From Candidatus Poribacteria bacterium (GTDB lineage Bacteria; Poribacteria; WGA-4E; WGA-3G), in assembly GCA_963663765.2 (NCBI GenBank), contig CAXXUA010000006.1:96001-160000 (forward strand): a stretch of 64,000 bases of DNA, read 5' to 3'. The notes beneath the pieces were generated by a model. The model was not told the origin of the DNA. It saw only the letters and a list, made by a program, of their open reading frames with translations, and searched no databases. The position numbers were made by a program, and so were the translations under genes. Position 1 is the stretch's first letter. Every line of letters begins with the position of its first letter. Of this stretch, positions 9,764 through 18,745 are shown one piece after another.

Positions 9764-9792
9764 TTGAAGATGCCATGCAGATGTGTTATACT
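9764..9792 (+). promoter_or_regulatory. Promoter of the TA operon; probably gives a leaderless mRNA
   Basis: TTGAAG-17 nt-TATACT with extended TG; ATG 9799 follows after 6 nt with no RBS. Confidence 0.55.
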
Positions 9793-9798
9793 TAAAAT

Positions 9799-10152
9799 AT
9801 GCAAATCATTGACAGAGAGGTCAGGAACTATATCACACCAGAAGGACGTAACCCGTTCCGTCAATGGTTGACACAACTCCGAGATAAAAGAACACGTGCA
9901 AACATTCAGAGACGAATTGCACGTCTACAAGAGGGAAACTTCGGTGATTGTAAAAGGTTGGGGAGTGATTTATATGAACTGAGAATAGACTACGGACCAG
10001 GATACAGGATCTATTTTAGCACGCTTACTACTCATATTGTTATTTTGCTTTGTGGTTGGCAAAAAGGGACGCACCGACGGGATATTGCAAGAGCTCACAA
10101 TTATTGGAACGAAATAAGGAGCAGGGACAATGAACACGGAAACAATAGTTAA
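9799..10152 (+). CDS. RelE/ParE-superfamily 'addiction module killer' toxin
   Basis: PFRQWL..LRD...I..RIARLQEGNFGD, LYELRIDYGPGYRIYF, LLCG. Confidence 0.9.
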   Translation: MQIIDREVRNYITPEGRNPFRQWLTQLRDKRTRANIQRRIARLQEGNFGDCKRLGSDLYELRIDYGPGYRIYFSTLTTHIVILLCGWQKGTHRRDIARAHNYWNEIRSRDNEHGNNS

Positions 10153-10492
10153 GCAAACTACCAGTTTTAAAGACGACCTTTAAAACGACCTCACAGATAC
10201 AGAGTTCGCGATGTACTATATTGAGGCATCCTTAGCGGACTATAAGAAAGATGGTAACACAGAGGCACTCTGGATGGCACTTCGTGATGTTGCAGAAGCA
10301 CAGAATGCGGTTTCTGAGCTTTCCAAAAGAACGAGCATTGATGCTGAAACGCTCTCGGATACCCTCTCTAACGAGGATGTCCCGCTTTTAGATATGCTCA
10401 ACACGATATTGAAATCATTTGAGTGTCAGTTGCCAGTTGAACCTAAAGCAGATGTGAATGAGACATATCCACAGATTCCAACCAATTCATAG
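10130..10492 (+). pseudogene. Cognate HTH antitoxin (addiction module antidote) with an in-frame TAA at codon 18
   Basis: AAGGAG RBS + ATG 10130 in frame with ORF 10211; TAA at 10181-10183; ALRDVAEAQ..VSELSKRT. Confidence 0.75.
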
Positions 10493-10625
10493 CATCCTAT
10501 TCGTCCTGCTCAATTACAATCTCAACCGCACGTTTGGCATGTTTTAAAAGGTCTTGGCGTGCTTGTTTCCATTGTAGGATTCAATGACTTTCTGTTTATT
10601 TCAGTTCAAGTGTCTTTGGGAATGT
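10471..10625 (-). pseudogene. Second, more decayed HsdS-like 3' remnant (direct repeat of ~9536-9690)
   Basis: DLLKHAKRAVEIVIEQDE*DAMNWLESV; shared DNA ctcaattacaatctcaac-gcacgtttggcat. Confidence 0.6.
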
Positions 10626-11580
10626 ATGCGAACAGCAGTATTGTTATGGTATTTTAGAGGTTAAATGTTTAAAAATCAGAGGGACAACGATAGTTAGTAT
10701 AACGTGAGTTCGGAAAAAGATTTAGGGTTCTAAAGAAAGCGTTGCTGTCGGGATCCGTTCGCATTCCGGCAAGTTCAACGAGGGTTTCTTCTCCAAATAG
10801 GTATAAGCAATTAAGGCAGCCACCATATTCACTTGGAAGTTGATAAAACTTCTATGCCGCGTATGTTGAAGTTGTGTCTGTGTTTTTATTTCTTTAATTA
10901 CCGATTCAATCAGCATCCGTTTTTTCAGCAGGAGCGCATCAAAGTCTGATAAAGGTTGCGGCTTCATGTTCTTGCGAACCTTATATACCAACTCAATACC
11001 TTGGGTTCGCAAGTATTCACGCAGGTCTTGTGAGATATAGCCTTTATCCGCATAGAGTTTGCCATATAAGTTGATTCCCAACTTCGGAACAACTTTCCGG
11101 TCATCTGTTGTAGCAGGTGTGAACTCAACACCTAAAAGTTCGCCAGAAGTGTTAACACACAGATGAAGTTTGAACCCGTAGAACCAACCGACAGAGTTCT
11201 TGCTAAGGGATGCCTGTTCAACAAAGACTTTATGTGTTGGGATTCGGCGATTGTGGCAAACTGGCACTGGCGTAGAATCTACGAAGGAAATACCATCACA
11301 GATACCAAAGCGTGTGTAAAGATATATAGACAAAGGTTCAAGGACTTCTTGTTGAAGTTCCACAAAGCGGTTATAACTCACTAAGTTCGGAAATGCCCAC
11401 CGCAAGTAGCACCGGACGTGTTTTTCATAATAAGCTTTTAAGGTTCGATCATCGCTTTGATGAAAAAGAATAAGGATCGTCATCACCTCACTGGGATGTA
11501 GAGTGCGTGGACGGCCTCGTGTTTCAAGGGGGCGATCCGCTGGCAGTTGTTGAGAGGTTTTATATTTTTTATAGACATTA

Positions 11581-13113
11581 CTATAGTTTGGACAGTTTTA
11601 AGATTTTTAAAGACAAAATGTAGAAAAGAGGTTATCCTTCAAAACAAATACATTCTTTGAAAGGATATAACAATGAAACCTCTTTCCCACTTAGAAACAA
11701 TGTTATCAGAATATCAGTCGGTTTTCAAGTATAATAGTAACTTCAACCATTTTCAAACATTCGTCCAAGGTTTGATCTCTACCCCTTATCGTGGAACGAT
11801 GACACAGATATATCAATCAACAAAACCAACATCCACCTATTGGACTTTACCGAAGTTTCTATCTCGTAGCCAATGGTGTATTGATGAACTCACATCCATT
11901 CTGACCCAACAAGTTCAAAAAGTTTACAGCAAGGGTGTTTATGTTTATGATGAAACCAAGTCTACTAACGAGGGTCGTCATCAATATGGCACACATTTTT
12001 TCAGAAACACTCGGTATAACAAACGCAACAAAAATCAATCCAAGTTCCATTACGGCCACCAGTTTGGTGCGATCGGATGGCTCTGTGAAACACCAGACGG
12101 CACGCGCCTGTTTCCATTGGCAGCCAGGGTGATGTGTCCGAGAAAAGAACAAGATAATAGCCTACAAGTGCTTGCGTCTATCTGTGCCAATGTGCCGCCA
12201 GGGTTGATCATATTTGATAGAGGTTTTAATAGGCGTAAAGTGTTTGCAGAGATCCTTTCACAAGGACATCATTTACTCTGTCGTGCAAAGTCTAATGCTG
12301 TGTTCTATTATATCCCCAAAGAAAAGAAACCAAAGGGACCCGGCAGAAAGCGTATTTATGGGGATCGTGTGCATAAACCCTATCTAAAATATAGAGATTT
12401 CGTCGTGGATAATGAAACATATTCTGTCACTGACAAAGTTGTGCGAACAAAGATGTGTCCACAACCCGTAAGGCTTGTTGTGATACGCAAAAAGCCAAAT
12501 CCATCTAAACCGTATAAGTATTTTTGTATGTTTACCTCTGATTTACAGCTCTCCGTTGCCGAAGTCATCACACACTATAGAAATAGATGGCAGATTGAAA
12601 CGGCGTTCCGGGATGTCAAACAGGAGTTTGGATTTGATACATATCAGGTCCGAAATCGTGTGAGTTTGAACCGACACGTGCAAATCAGTTTTGTGGCAGC
12701 AAGTCTCACACAACTCTGTTGGACAGATACACCGACTGATACAACATCAAACATATCATCGGATACTGAAGAAAATGATGTTCCTGATTTAGACGCTGTG
12801 CTACAAACGCTCGGTATCCATTGGTATAAACCGAAATATCTAACACGTGGATTAATGGTCGCTTATTTACGCTTCTGTTTCCAGCAAAAATATTTTTCTG
12901 CGAGTAACGATCAAAAACAAAACTCAAAGAAATGTCTAAAAATAGTGGAAGATACGACATGAACTTAGCAGATTTTTGTATTTTTGCGATTTTTTTCAAA
13001 AATATAGTCTAAAATGCTGTGATTTCAAACAGAAAATGAGTAAAAAAAGTGTTTACACAACAATTTTTTTCGCTGTTGAAAGTCCTGACAGGTTTAAACT
13101 GTCCAAACTATAG
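11581..13113 (+). mobile_element. Intact IS4/IS701-like DDE insertion sequence
   Basis: 18-bp TIR CTATAGTTTGGACAGTTT; 9-bp TSD TAGACATTA. Confidence 0.92.
11673..12962 (+). CDS. DDE transposase (IS4 superfamily)
   Basis: YDET, IFDRGF, YRNRWQIETAFRDVK (YREK motif). Confidence 0.9.
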   Translation: MKPLSHLETMLSEYQSVFKYNSNFNHFQTFVQGLISTPYRGTMTQIYQSTKPTSTYWTLPKFLSRSQWCIDELTSILTQQVQKVYSKGVYVYDETKSTNEGRHQYGTHFFRNTRYNKRNKNQSKFHYGHQFGAIGWLCETPDGTRLFPLAARVMCPRKEQDNSLQVLASICANVPPGLIIFDRGFNRRKVFAEILSQGHHLLCRAKSNAVFYYIPKEKKPKGPGRKRIYGDRVHKPYLKYRDFVVDNETYSVTDKVVRTKMCPQPVRLVVIRKKPNPSKPYKYFCMFTSDLQLSVAEVITHYRNRWQIETAFRDVKQEFGFDTYQVRNRVSLNRHVQISFVAASLTQLCWTDTPTDTTSNISSDTEENDVPDLDAVLQTLGIHWYKPKYLTRGLMVAYLRFCFQQKYFSASNDQKQNSKKCLKIVEDTT

Positions 13114-13574
13114 TAGACATTAAAAAAGTCGTCAATATTACAGAAAAGTGATATGATAAACATCAGAGAACTCCTTTTGTATTGGATAATGATTTCATTA
13201 TATCAAAAGGGTTCTCTAAATACCACAAACTCGAACTTTATTTCCGAACTCACGTTAGTATAGACACAAATATCCCTACACCCGCAAAAATAATAGTCAT
13301 ACGCCATTGTAGACGCGATTCCTGACGACTAATTCTGTCATGTAGGTCTTTTTTTACTTCATTAATTCTATCATTTAACCTTGATTCAAGTTTGCTTAAA
13401 TCTTTATCAATTACATGTTCTTTAACACTAAAAAGTTCTAACACGCGTTGTGCATCTTCAGATATTCCGTGTTTAGACTCATTCATAGCAATCTCCTGCT
13501 AAGTTTCAATTTATCTGATATTCCAATTTTTTTTGATGTAGTTGTTAAACATTACACAGAGCAAGAAATACTTA

Positions 13575-13793
13575 TCAGGAGGACTTGTCTTTTTGAAGGT
13601 CCCGCCTAATTTTTAAGTATTCAAAAAGAGCTCTGGCATACGAGTTTCCCGCCCCTTCTGTTATTTCCTTTAAAAACTCGTCTGTGCAATTAACAAAATC
13701 AAAACCTGCTTCTTCAATTGCCTTTTCCATGCCGGATGCTGTTTGTGTGACAAATTCTCGATTCTTGTCAAAATAGAACATGTCTAAACTCAT
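13575..13793 (-). CDS. Hypothetical protein
   Basis: ORF with AGGAG RBS before MSLDMFYF; no recognisable motif. Confidence 0.5.
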   Translation of the reverse strand: MSLDMFYFDKNREFVTQTASGMEKAIEEAGFDFVNCTDEFLKEITEGAGNSYARALFEYLKIRRDLQKDKSS

Positions 13794-13978
13794 TGGACTT
13801 CTCCTGATTTTATTTCTCCCTGTCAAGGTGACTTTACAGAGAATGTCTCTGATTTGGTGTAATACTACAGAATCTTTGGTTAATGGATAGTATATCAGAA
13901 ATGTGGTGAAATGAGAAAATCTTTTCTATGTTACATTTGCAAAGTTTTTCGCATGGTGTTGTTCAGAATCGCGAATTA

Positions 13979-14066
13979 TACCCAATTAGCGTGATTCGTC
14001 TTGCTAAGTGTGCGGTTAGGAAACCGCACCTACCGTTGGAAAAAGATAAATTCCGTTTATTTGGTA
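13979..14066. mobile_element. 88-bp MITE (TACC..GGTA ends, TTA flanks) carrying a GTAGGTGCGGTTTCCTAACCGCAC hairpin
   Basis: Inverted second copy at 59300-59387, also with TTA flanks. Confidence 0.75.
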
Positions 14067-14529
14067 TTACACCAGATCAACGGTAAAAATGACTCTTGAC
14101 ATTCCCCGGATTACGCGGAGAGCACAGAGAAGATTGCTGTAATTGAGCGTATAGCTTAAAATACACTGATTATCTGAATAATTCTTCATGCGTGTATCTT
14201 ATCCGCGTAATCCGTATAATCCGCGTAATCCGCGATTCTGTACGCAAAGAACTTTTCGCACTCTGTAGGAGCGACCGGGAAGTCACTCCTACAGAGCATG
14301 TGTATAATTATTTCAATAATTCACCATAATACCTCTGGTAAAAAGGATGTTGTGCATTGAAGCATTTTGAAAATAAATAATGCAACGATCAGCAAAATAT
14401 TGCGTATTATATTTCGTTGGAAAAACAGATAAAATCCCACATATTTTTTTCAACATACACTATTTCCTAAGCCTATTCAATAGGCATTTATTTTTCATAT
14501 TTCTCAATTCATAAAAGGAGTAAATTTCA

Positions 14530-14898
14530 ATGGGAAATCCTGTTGTATTTTTTGAAATAGCAGGTACAGATGTCAATAAATTGAATGAATTTTATAGTTC
14601 CGTTTTTGGTTGGAAAACTGAAGCTGACCCTCAGAGTGGTACTCGTATGGTAAATAATACATCGGACCAAGGGATACCTGGTCATTTATTTCCATTAACT
14701 GACGATATGGGTATAGATAATTATATAACTTTTTATATTCAAGTAGATGATCTTCAAGCATATCTTGATAAAGTAGAAAGCCTTGGAGGGAAAACTTGTA
14801 TTCCACCGCAGGAAATACCTGGAAATATGGGTTCGTTTGCAATGTTCATGGATCCAAGCAATAACTATATCGGTTTATACCGAATGCCAACCACGTAA
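14530..14898 (+). CDS. VOC-family protein, array member 1
   Basis: MGNPVVFFEIAG...FYSSVFGW...FAMFMDPSNNYIGLY; AAGGAG RBS. Confidence 0.9.
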   Translation: MGNPVVFFEIAGTDVNKLNEFYSSVFGWKTEADPQSGTRMVNNTSDQGIPGHLFPLTDDMGIDNYITFYIQVDDLQAYLDKVESLGGKTCIPPQEIPGNMGSFAMFMDPSNNYIGLYRMPTT

Positions 14899-14921
14899 TA
14901 AATACAAAGGAGTCAAAACTA

Positions 14922-15278
14922 ATGGTAAATCCTGTCACAATCTTTGAGATAGCAGGTAAGAAAGAAGATTCTCTATGTGATTTTTATAGTGAATTGTTTA
15001 ATTGGGACATTGTTCAGGACGAAGACTGTGGTAACACAATTGACACAGGATCAGAGTTAGGAATACAAGGACACATCGTGCAAACAACCGAACAGATGCC
15101 ATTTACGAACCATGTCACTTTTTACATTTCGGTTGATGATATTAATGCATCAGCGAAAAAGGTAGAAAGTCATGGTGGAAAAGTAATTATGGGGCCGATG
15201 CCTGTTCCAGAAGGAGAGGGAACGTTCGCTATGTTCACAGACCCAAGCGGTAACGTTCTCGGCTTGTTCCAGTCATAA
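14922..15278 (+). CDS. VOC-family protein, array member 2
   Basis: MVNPVTIFEIAG...FAMFTDPSGNVLGLF; AAGGAG RBS. Confidence 0.9.
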   Translation: MVNPVTIFEIAGKKEDSLCDFYSELFNWDIVQDEDCGNTIDTGSELGIQGHIVQTTEQMPFTNHVTFYISVDDINASAKKVESHGGKVIMGPMPVPEGEGTFAMFTDPSGNVLGLFQS

Positions 15279-15347
15279 TCAACTCTTAGTAGTCGTTTCA
15301 ATTTGCTTGTTGTTAATGCATTGAACGACTACTTACTTCTATTATGA
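15273..15347. other. Intergenic stem-loop within the VOC array
   Basis: agtagtcgtttcaat (15288-15302) pairs with attgaacgactact (15320-15333); outer tcataat/attatga. Confidence 0.55.
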
Positions 15348-15384
15348 TGAAGTTTTACTTAACCCCTCTGTAGGAGATTATGCT

Positions 15385-15756
15385 ATGAACAGTCCAGTCT
15401 TGCATTTTGAAATAGGGGGTAAGGATGTCAATGAACTAATTGATTTCTACAGTAGCACATTTTGTTGGAATATCTTTCCATTAAATAACGTTTTTTACAT
15501 TGCTGATCCCACATCAGACCAAGGTATAGAGGGACATCTGTTTCAGACAACAGATCAGATGGACTATACAAATCTTGTCATCATCTATGTTCAAGTTGAT
15601 GATATACATTCATGTTTAGAAAAATCGGAATGGTTGGGTGGTAAAATCCTCGTACACCCAGTTGAAATACCTGGAAGTACAAGTCACTATGCAATATTCA
15701 GTGACCCGAATGGCAACCGTATTGGACTATTGCAAAGAAGAATATCGGATGTCTGA
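15385..15756 (+). CDS. VOC-family protein, array member 3
   Basis: MNSPVLHFEIGG...YAIFSDPNGNRIGLL. Confidence 0.9.
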   Translation: MNSPVLHFEIGGKDVNELIDFYSSTFCWNIFPLNNVFYIADPTSDQGIEGHLFQTTDQMDYTNLVIIYVQVDDIHSCLEKSEWLGGKILVHPVEIPGSTSHYAIFSDPNGNRIGLLQRRISDV

Positions 15757-15788
15757 CTTAAATCAATACAGGAATGGAGCAAGTATAA

Positions 15789-16169
15789 ATGGGAAACCCG
15801 GTGTTTAATTTTGAAATTGTAGGTCAGGAAAGCAAATCATTAAAAGACTTCTACAGTGCAGTATTTGAATGGGACATCAATGAATATGAAGAGGGTTACT
15901 ATTGGTTTGAGACCGGTTCTGACGACGATAATGGTATTGAGGGAACTATCTACCCACCCAATGATGATATGAATTTAGTCGAAAACGTGCCTTTCTCTAA
16001 CAATGTCACCATTTATGTTGCAGTCGCGGATATCATGGCTACCGTTGAGAAACTTGTTGGTCTCGGAGGAAAAGTATTGATGCATCCTACAGTTGTGTCA
16101 GATAAAGGTGAGAAAATAGCAATGTTCATCGACCCGAGCGGCAACCGAATCAGCTTGTATCAACAATAA
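15789..16169 (+). CDS. VOC-family protein, array member 4
   Basis: MGNPVFNFEIVG...IAMFIDPSGNRISLY. Confidence 0.9.
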   Translation: MGNPVFNFEIVGQESKSLKDFYSAVFEWDINEYEEGYYWFETGSDDDNGIEGTIYPPNDDMNLVENVPFSNNVTIYVAVADIMATVEKLVGLGGKVLMHPTVVSDKGEKIAMFIDPSGNRISLYQQ

Positions 16170-16208
16170 CATGCAAATACTATACATTGGATAAGGAGAA
16201 TATAAATC

Positions 16209-16571
16209 GTGAGTCATCCAGTTACAAATTTTGAAATCGCGGGAAAGAATGGAGCGGAGTTAAGTACATTTTATAGTAATGTGTTTGATTGGAATATCCA
16301 AAATTACCCGGGTGGATTTTATTGCATTCCGGACAATGAAAATGGGATACAAGGCAACATTCAACCAACAAGAAACGGTTCCCCATCTTCAAACTATGTC
16401 GCTATTTTTGTACCAGTAGAGAGTCTTAAGGAATCTACGAAAATAGTTCAGAAATTAGGCGGTAAGGTTGTTGTACCCCCTACTTTAATATCTGAAGAAA
16501 TGGGTTCTTATATGATGTTCAGCGATCCAAGTGGAAATCTTTTGGGTTTATACGAAATTAATAACATCTAA
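16209..16571 (+). CDS. VOC-family protein, array member 5
   Basis: MSHPVTNFEIAG...YMMFSDPSGNLLGLY; AAGGAG RBS, GTG start. Confidence 0.9.
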   Translation: MSHPVTNFEIAGKNGAELSTFYSNVFDWNIQNYPGGFYCIPDNENGIQGNIQPTRNGSPSSNYVAIFVPVESLKESTKIVQKLGGKVVVPPTLISEEMGSYMMFSDPSGNLLGLYEINNI

Positions 16572-16583
16572 AAATAATACTCT

Positions 16584-16820
16584 CAGGACTTACGCACCTA
16601 ACGGTAGGCGGGGAATGCCTAAATGGCATTCATACCCGGGGAATGCCTAAATGGCATTCATACCGTTGATTTCTTGATTTGGTGCTTTGTTGGCGGGGAA
16701 TGCCTAAATGGCATTCATACCGTTGATTTCTTGATTTGGCGCTGGAAATACAACTATGTTGAAAATTACATCATTTTCAACAGTTTTCATGATTAAATCA
16801 TGAAAACTGCGTAGGTCCTG
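16584..16820. mobile_element. IS701-type MITE inside the VOC array
   Basis: TIRs caggacttacgca / tgcgtaggtcctg; TSD ACTCT; three GAATGCCTAAATGGCATTC hairpins. Confidence 0.9.
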
Positions 16821-16835
16821 ACTCTATTTGGAGAT

Positions 16836-17201
16836 ATGTTTATGGCAAATCCTGTAATCTTTTTTGAAATAGCTGGTAAAGGTATTGAAAAATTAAGTGA
16901 GTTTTACGCTTCAGTTTTCGGTTGGAAAATGAGTCCTGCCCCTGATGGTGTGTTAGGAGTAGACACTGATACAGAGGAAGGCATACAAGGAATCTTACAT
17001 CCAGTTGAAGATGATTCAGATTATTCAAATCACGTGATGATTTATGTTAGGGTGGATGACCTTGAGACATCCATCAATAACTTAGAGAGGCTTGGTGGAA
17101 AAGTGTTTATGAAGCCTCAGGGGTTACCAAACAATATGGGTTCGTTTGCTATTTTTACAGACCCAAGTGGTAACTTTATTGGATTGCATCAAAACCCATA
17201 A
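16836..17201 (+). CDS. VOC-family protein, array member 6
   Basis: MANPVIFFEIAG...FAIFTDPSGNFIGLH. Confidence 0.9.
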   Translation: MFMANPVIFFEIAGKGIEKLSEFYASVFGWKMSPAPDGVLGVDTDTEEGIQGILHPVEDDSDYSNHVMIYVRVDDLETSINNLERLGGKVFMKPQGLPNNMGSFAIFTDPSGNFIGLHQNP

Positions 17202-17263
17202 ATTAAATTGTTAAAAGTTTTTTCTTCCGTGCTTGATTTTTATTCTATAAGGAGTATTTTTCT

Positions 17264-17656
17264 ATGGGAAATCCTGTCATGTTTTTTGAAATAGCAGGTA
17301 AAAATGGTGAGTCATTACGTGACTTTTATTCTGCTCTGTTTGATGAATGGGCTATACTACCTTTTGGGTGGTCTAAATCGCACTTTCCTAATGATATTTT
17401 TGCTATTGATCCAACACCACCACCAATGTCTGATGAAGGGATAAAAGGTCATATATTTCCAATTCCAGACGCTATGAATTTGTCCAATCGTGTCTCAATT
17501 TTCATACAAGTTGAGGATATTGAAGAAACACTCAATCAAATTGAGAACAAGGGTGGAAAAATGCTTGTGACAAAACAGGTGCTTCCTGATGGTATGGGAG
17601 CCATAGCAATGTTTGCTGATCCGAGCGGGAATATCATCGGTTTATATCAAGTTTAA
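17264..17656 (+). CDS. VOC-family protein, array member 7
   Basis: MGNPVMFFEIAG...IAMFADPSGNIIGLY; AAGGAG RBS. Confidence 0.9.
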   Translation: MGNPVMFFEIAGKNGESLRDFYSALFDEWAILPFGWSKSHFPNDIFAIDPTPPPMSDEGIKGHIFPIPDAMNLSNRVSIFIQVEDIEETLNQIENKGGKMLVTKQVLPDGMGAIAMFADPSGNIIGLYQV

Positions 17657-17687
17657 ACGATATTCTTCTATGCAAACCTTAAAGCAA

Positions 17688-17998
17688 TACCAATTCAAAG
17701 AAATCTTGTCTCATTAAGGAACTCTACTGTTTAATGGCAGGGGGTTACTCTCTTCGGTAGGAGCGACCTCCCGGTCGCGACCGGGAGGTCGCTCCTACCA
17801 GATTTTCGCTGCTAATGAGACATTAGCGCATGAAAATGGTATCATACCGATTCAAATAAATCTTGTCTCATTATGGAATGCTAATGTTTACTGGCAGGGG
17901 GTTACTCTCTTCGGTAGGAGCGACCTCCCGGTCGCGACCGTGAGTTCGCTCCTACCAGATTTTCGCTGCTAATGAGACATTATCACATGAAAATGGTA
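17688..17998 (+). mobile_element. Tandem dimer of the 154-bp TACCA MITE (17688-17841, 17845-17998)
   Basis: Two 154-bp units separated by 3 bp. Confidence 0.85.
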
Positions 17999-18131
17999 TT
18001 ATGCGGATTTCTTTGTTGCAATTTCCTATGATGTAAACAAGAAAATGAGTTTAACGTTCTAATCTAACACAGCAACGGATGAAGACGATATAAAAAATAC
18101 ATCATTACTAAAAACTTAAGGAGATTTTCTG

Positions 18132-18611
18132 ATGAAGAAATCATACACGGTAATATTTTGTTTATTTCTATTTTCAGCTGCAATTGTTTTGAACGGGTGT
18201 GAAGAAACCACATCAGGTGGAAGTGGAGTCACAGATTTAGGACGAGGCGAACCAAAAATTGTCGAATCAGTCACTGCTATTGCAGTCTTTGATGACCGTC
18301 CTGACGGTATAACAGATACCATTAGTGCAGAATTTAACGACCAAGTCTATTTATGGATATTATGGGGTAATATTGACGAAACTCACAAAATAAAAGTTTC
18401 ATGGTTCTCGCCAGAAGACGATTTGGATGATGAACCATTTTGGTCAGAAGAGAGAACTATTTCCTCAACGACAGGTGAAAAAATCACTTGGTTCTATATT
18501 GATACACCACGGGGTGGCTTGAGCGGCGACCAATTTCTACCCGGTGAATGGATTGTAGAGGTTTTCCTTGACGATCTATTTGAACGTAGTCATCTGTTTT
18601 TCGTTGAGTAG
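18132..18611 (+). CDS. Hypothetical lipoprotein (beta-rich, Ig-like)
   Basis: Lipobox LNGC; PGEWIVEVFLD; AAGGAG RBS. Confidence 0.7.
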   Translation: MKKSYTVIFCLFLFSAAIVLNGCEETTSGGSGVTDLGRGEPKIVESVTAIAVFDDRPDGITDTISAEFNDQVYLWILWGNIDETHKIKVSWFSPEDDLDDEPFWSEERTISSTTGEKITWFYIDTPRGGLSGDQFLPGEWIVEVFLDDLFERSHLFFVE

Positions 18612-18745
18612 GACGCACTTGCCAATTTAGGGAAGTGTCATTCAAACAAATCTTTATTCCAATCAGTATGGGCAGTACACACGTAATACGAAATGGAATT
18701 AGATGTGAACCGCACCAACTGGTTGGATAATAGGGGTGCATACTA

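Larger units (their letters stand above)
10722..13163 (-). pseudogene. IS982 transposase, split after about codon 16
   Basis: Reconstituted MFIISLFCNIDDFFNVYKK...GRPRTLHPSEVMTILILFHQS; DSTP, GWFYGFKLHL, ADKGYIS, RMLIESV. Confidence 0.9.
10702..13255 (-). mobile_element. IS982-family element, itself interrupted by an IS4/IS701-like element
   Basis: TIR ACGTGAGTTCGGAAA at both ends; 7-bp TSD TAGTATA. Confidence 0.92.
10606..13486 (-). pseudogene. Small coiled-coil + C-terminal TM protein interrupted by IS982
   Basis: Removing IS982 and one TSD joins ...GVGIFVSIL to TIVVPLIFKHLTSKITITILLFAYIPKDT*. Confidence 0.65.

Noticed and set aside
14530-17656. Integron cassette array
   Set aside because: No recurring attC (RYYYAAC...GTTRRRY) in the spacers, several spacers are only 23-40 nt, there is no integrase, and all genes are paralogues
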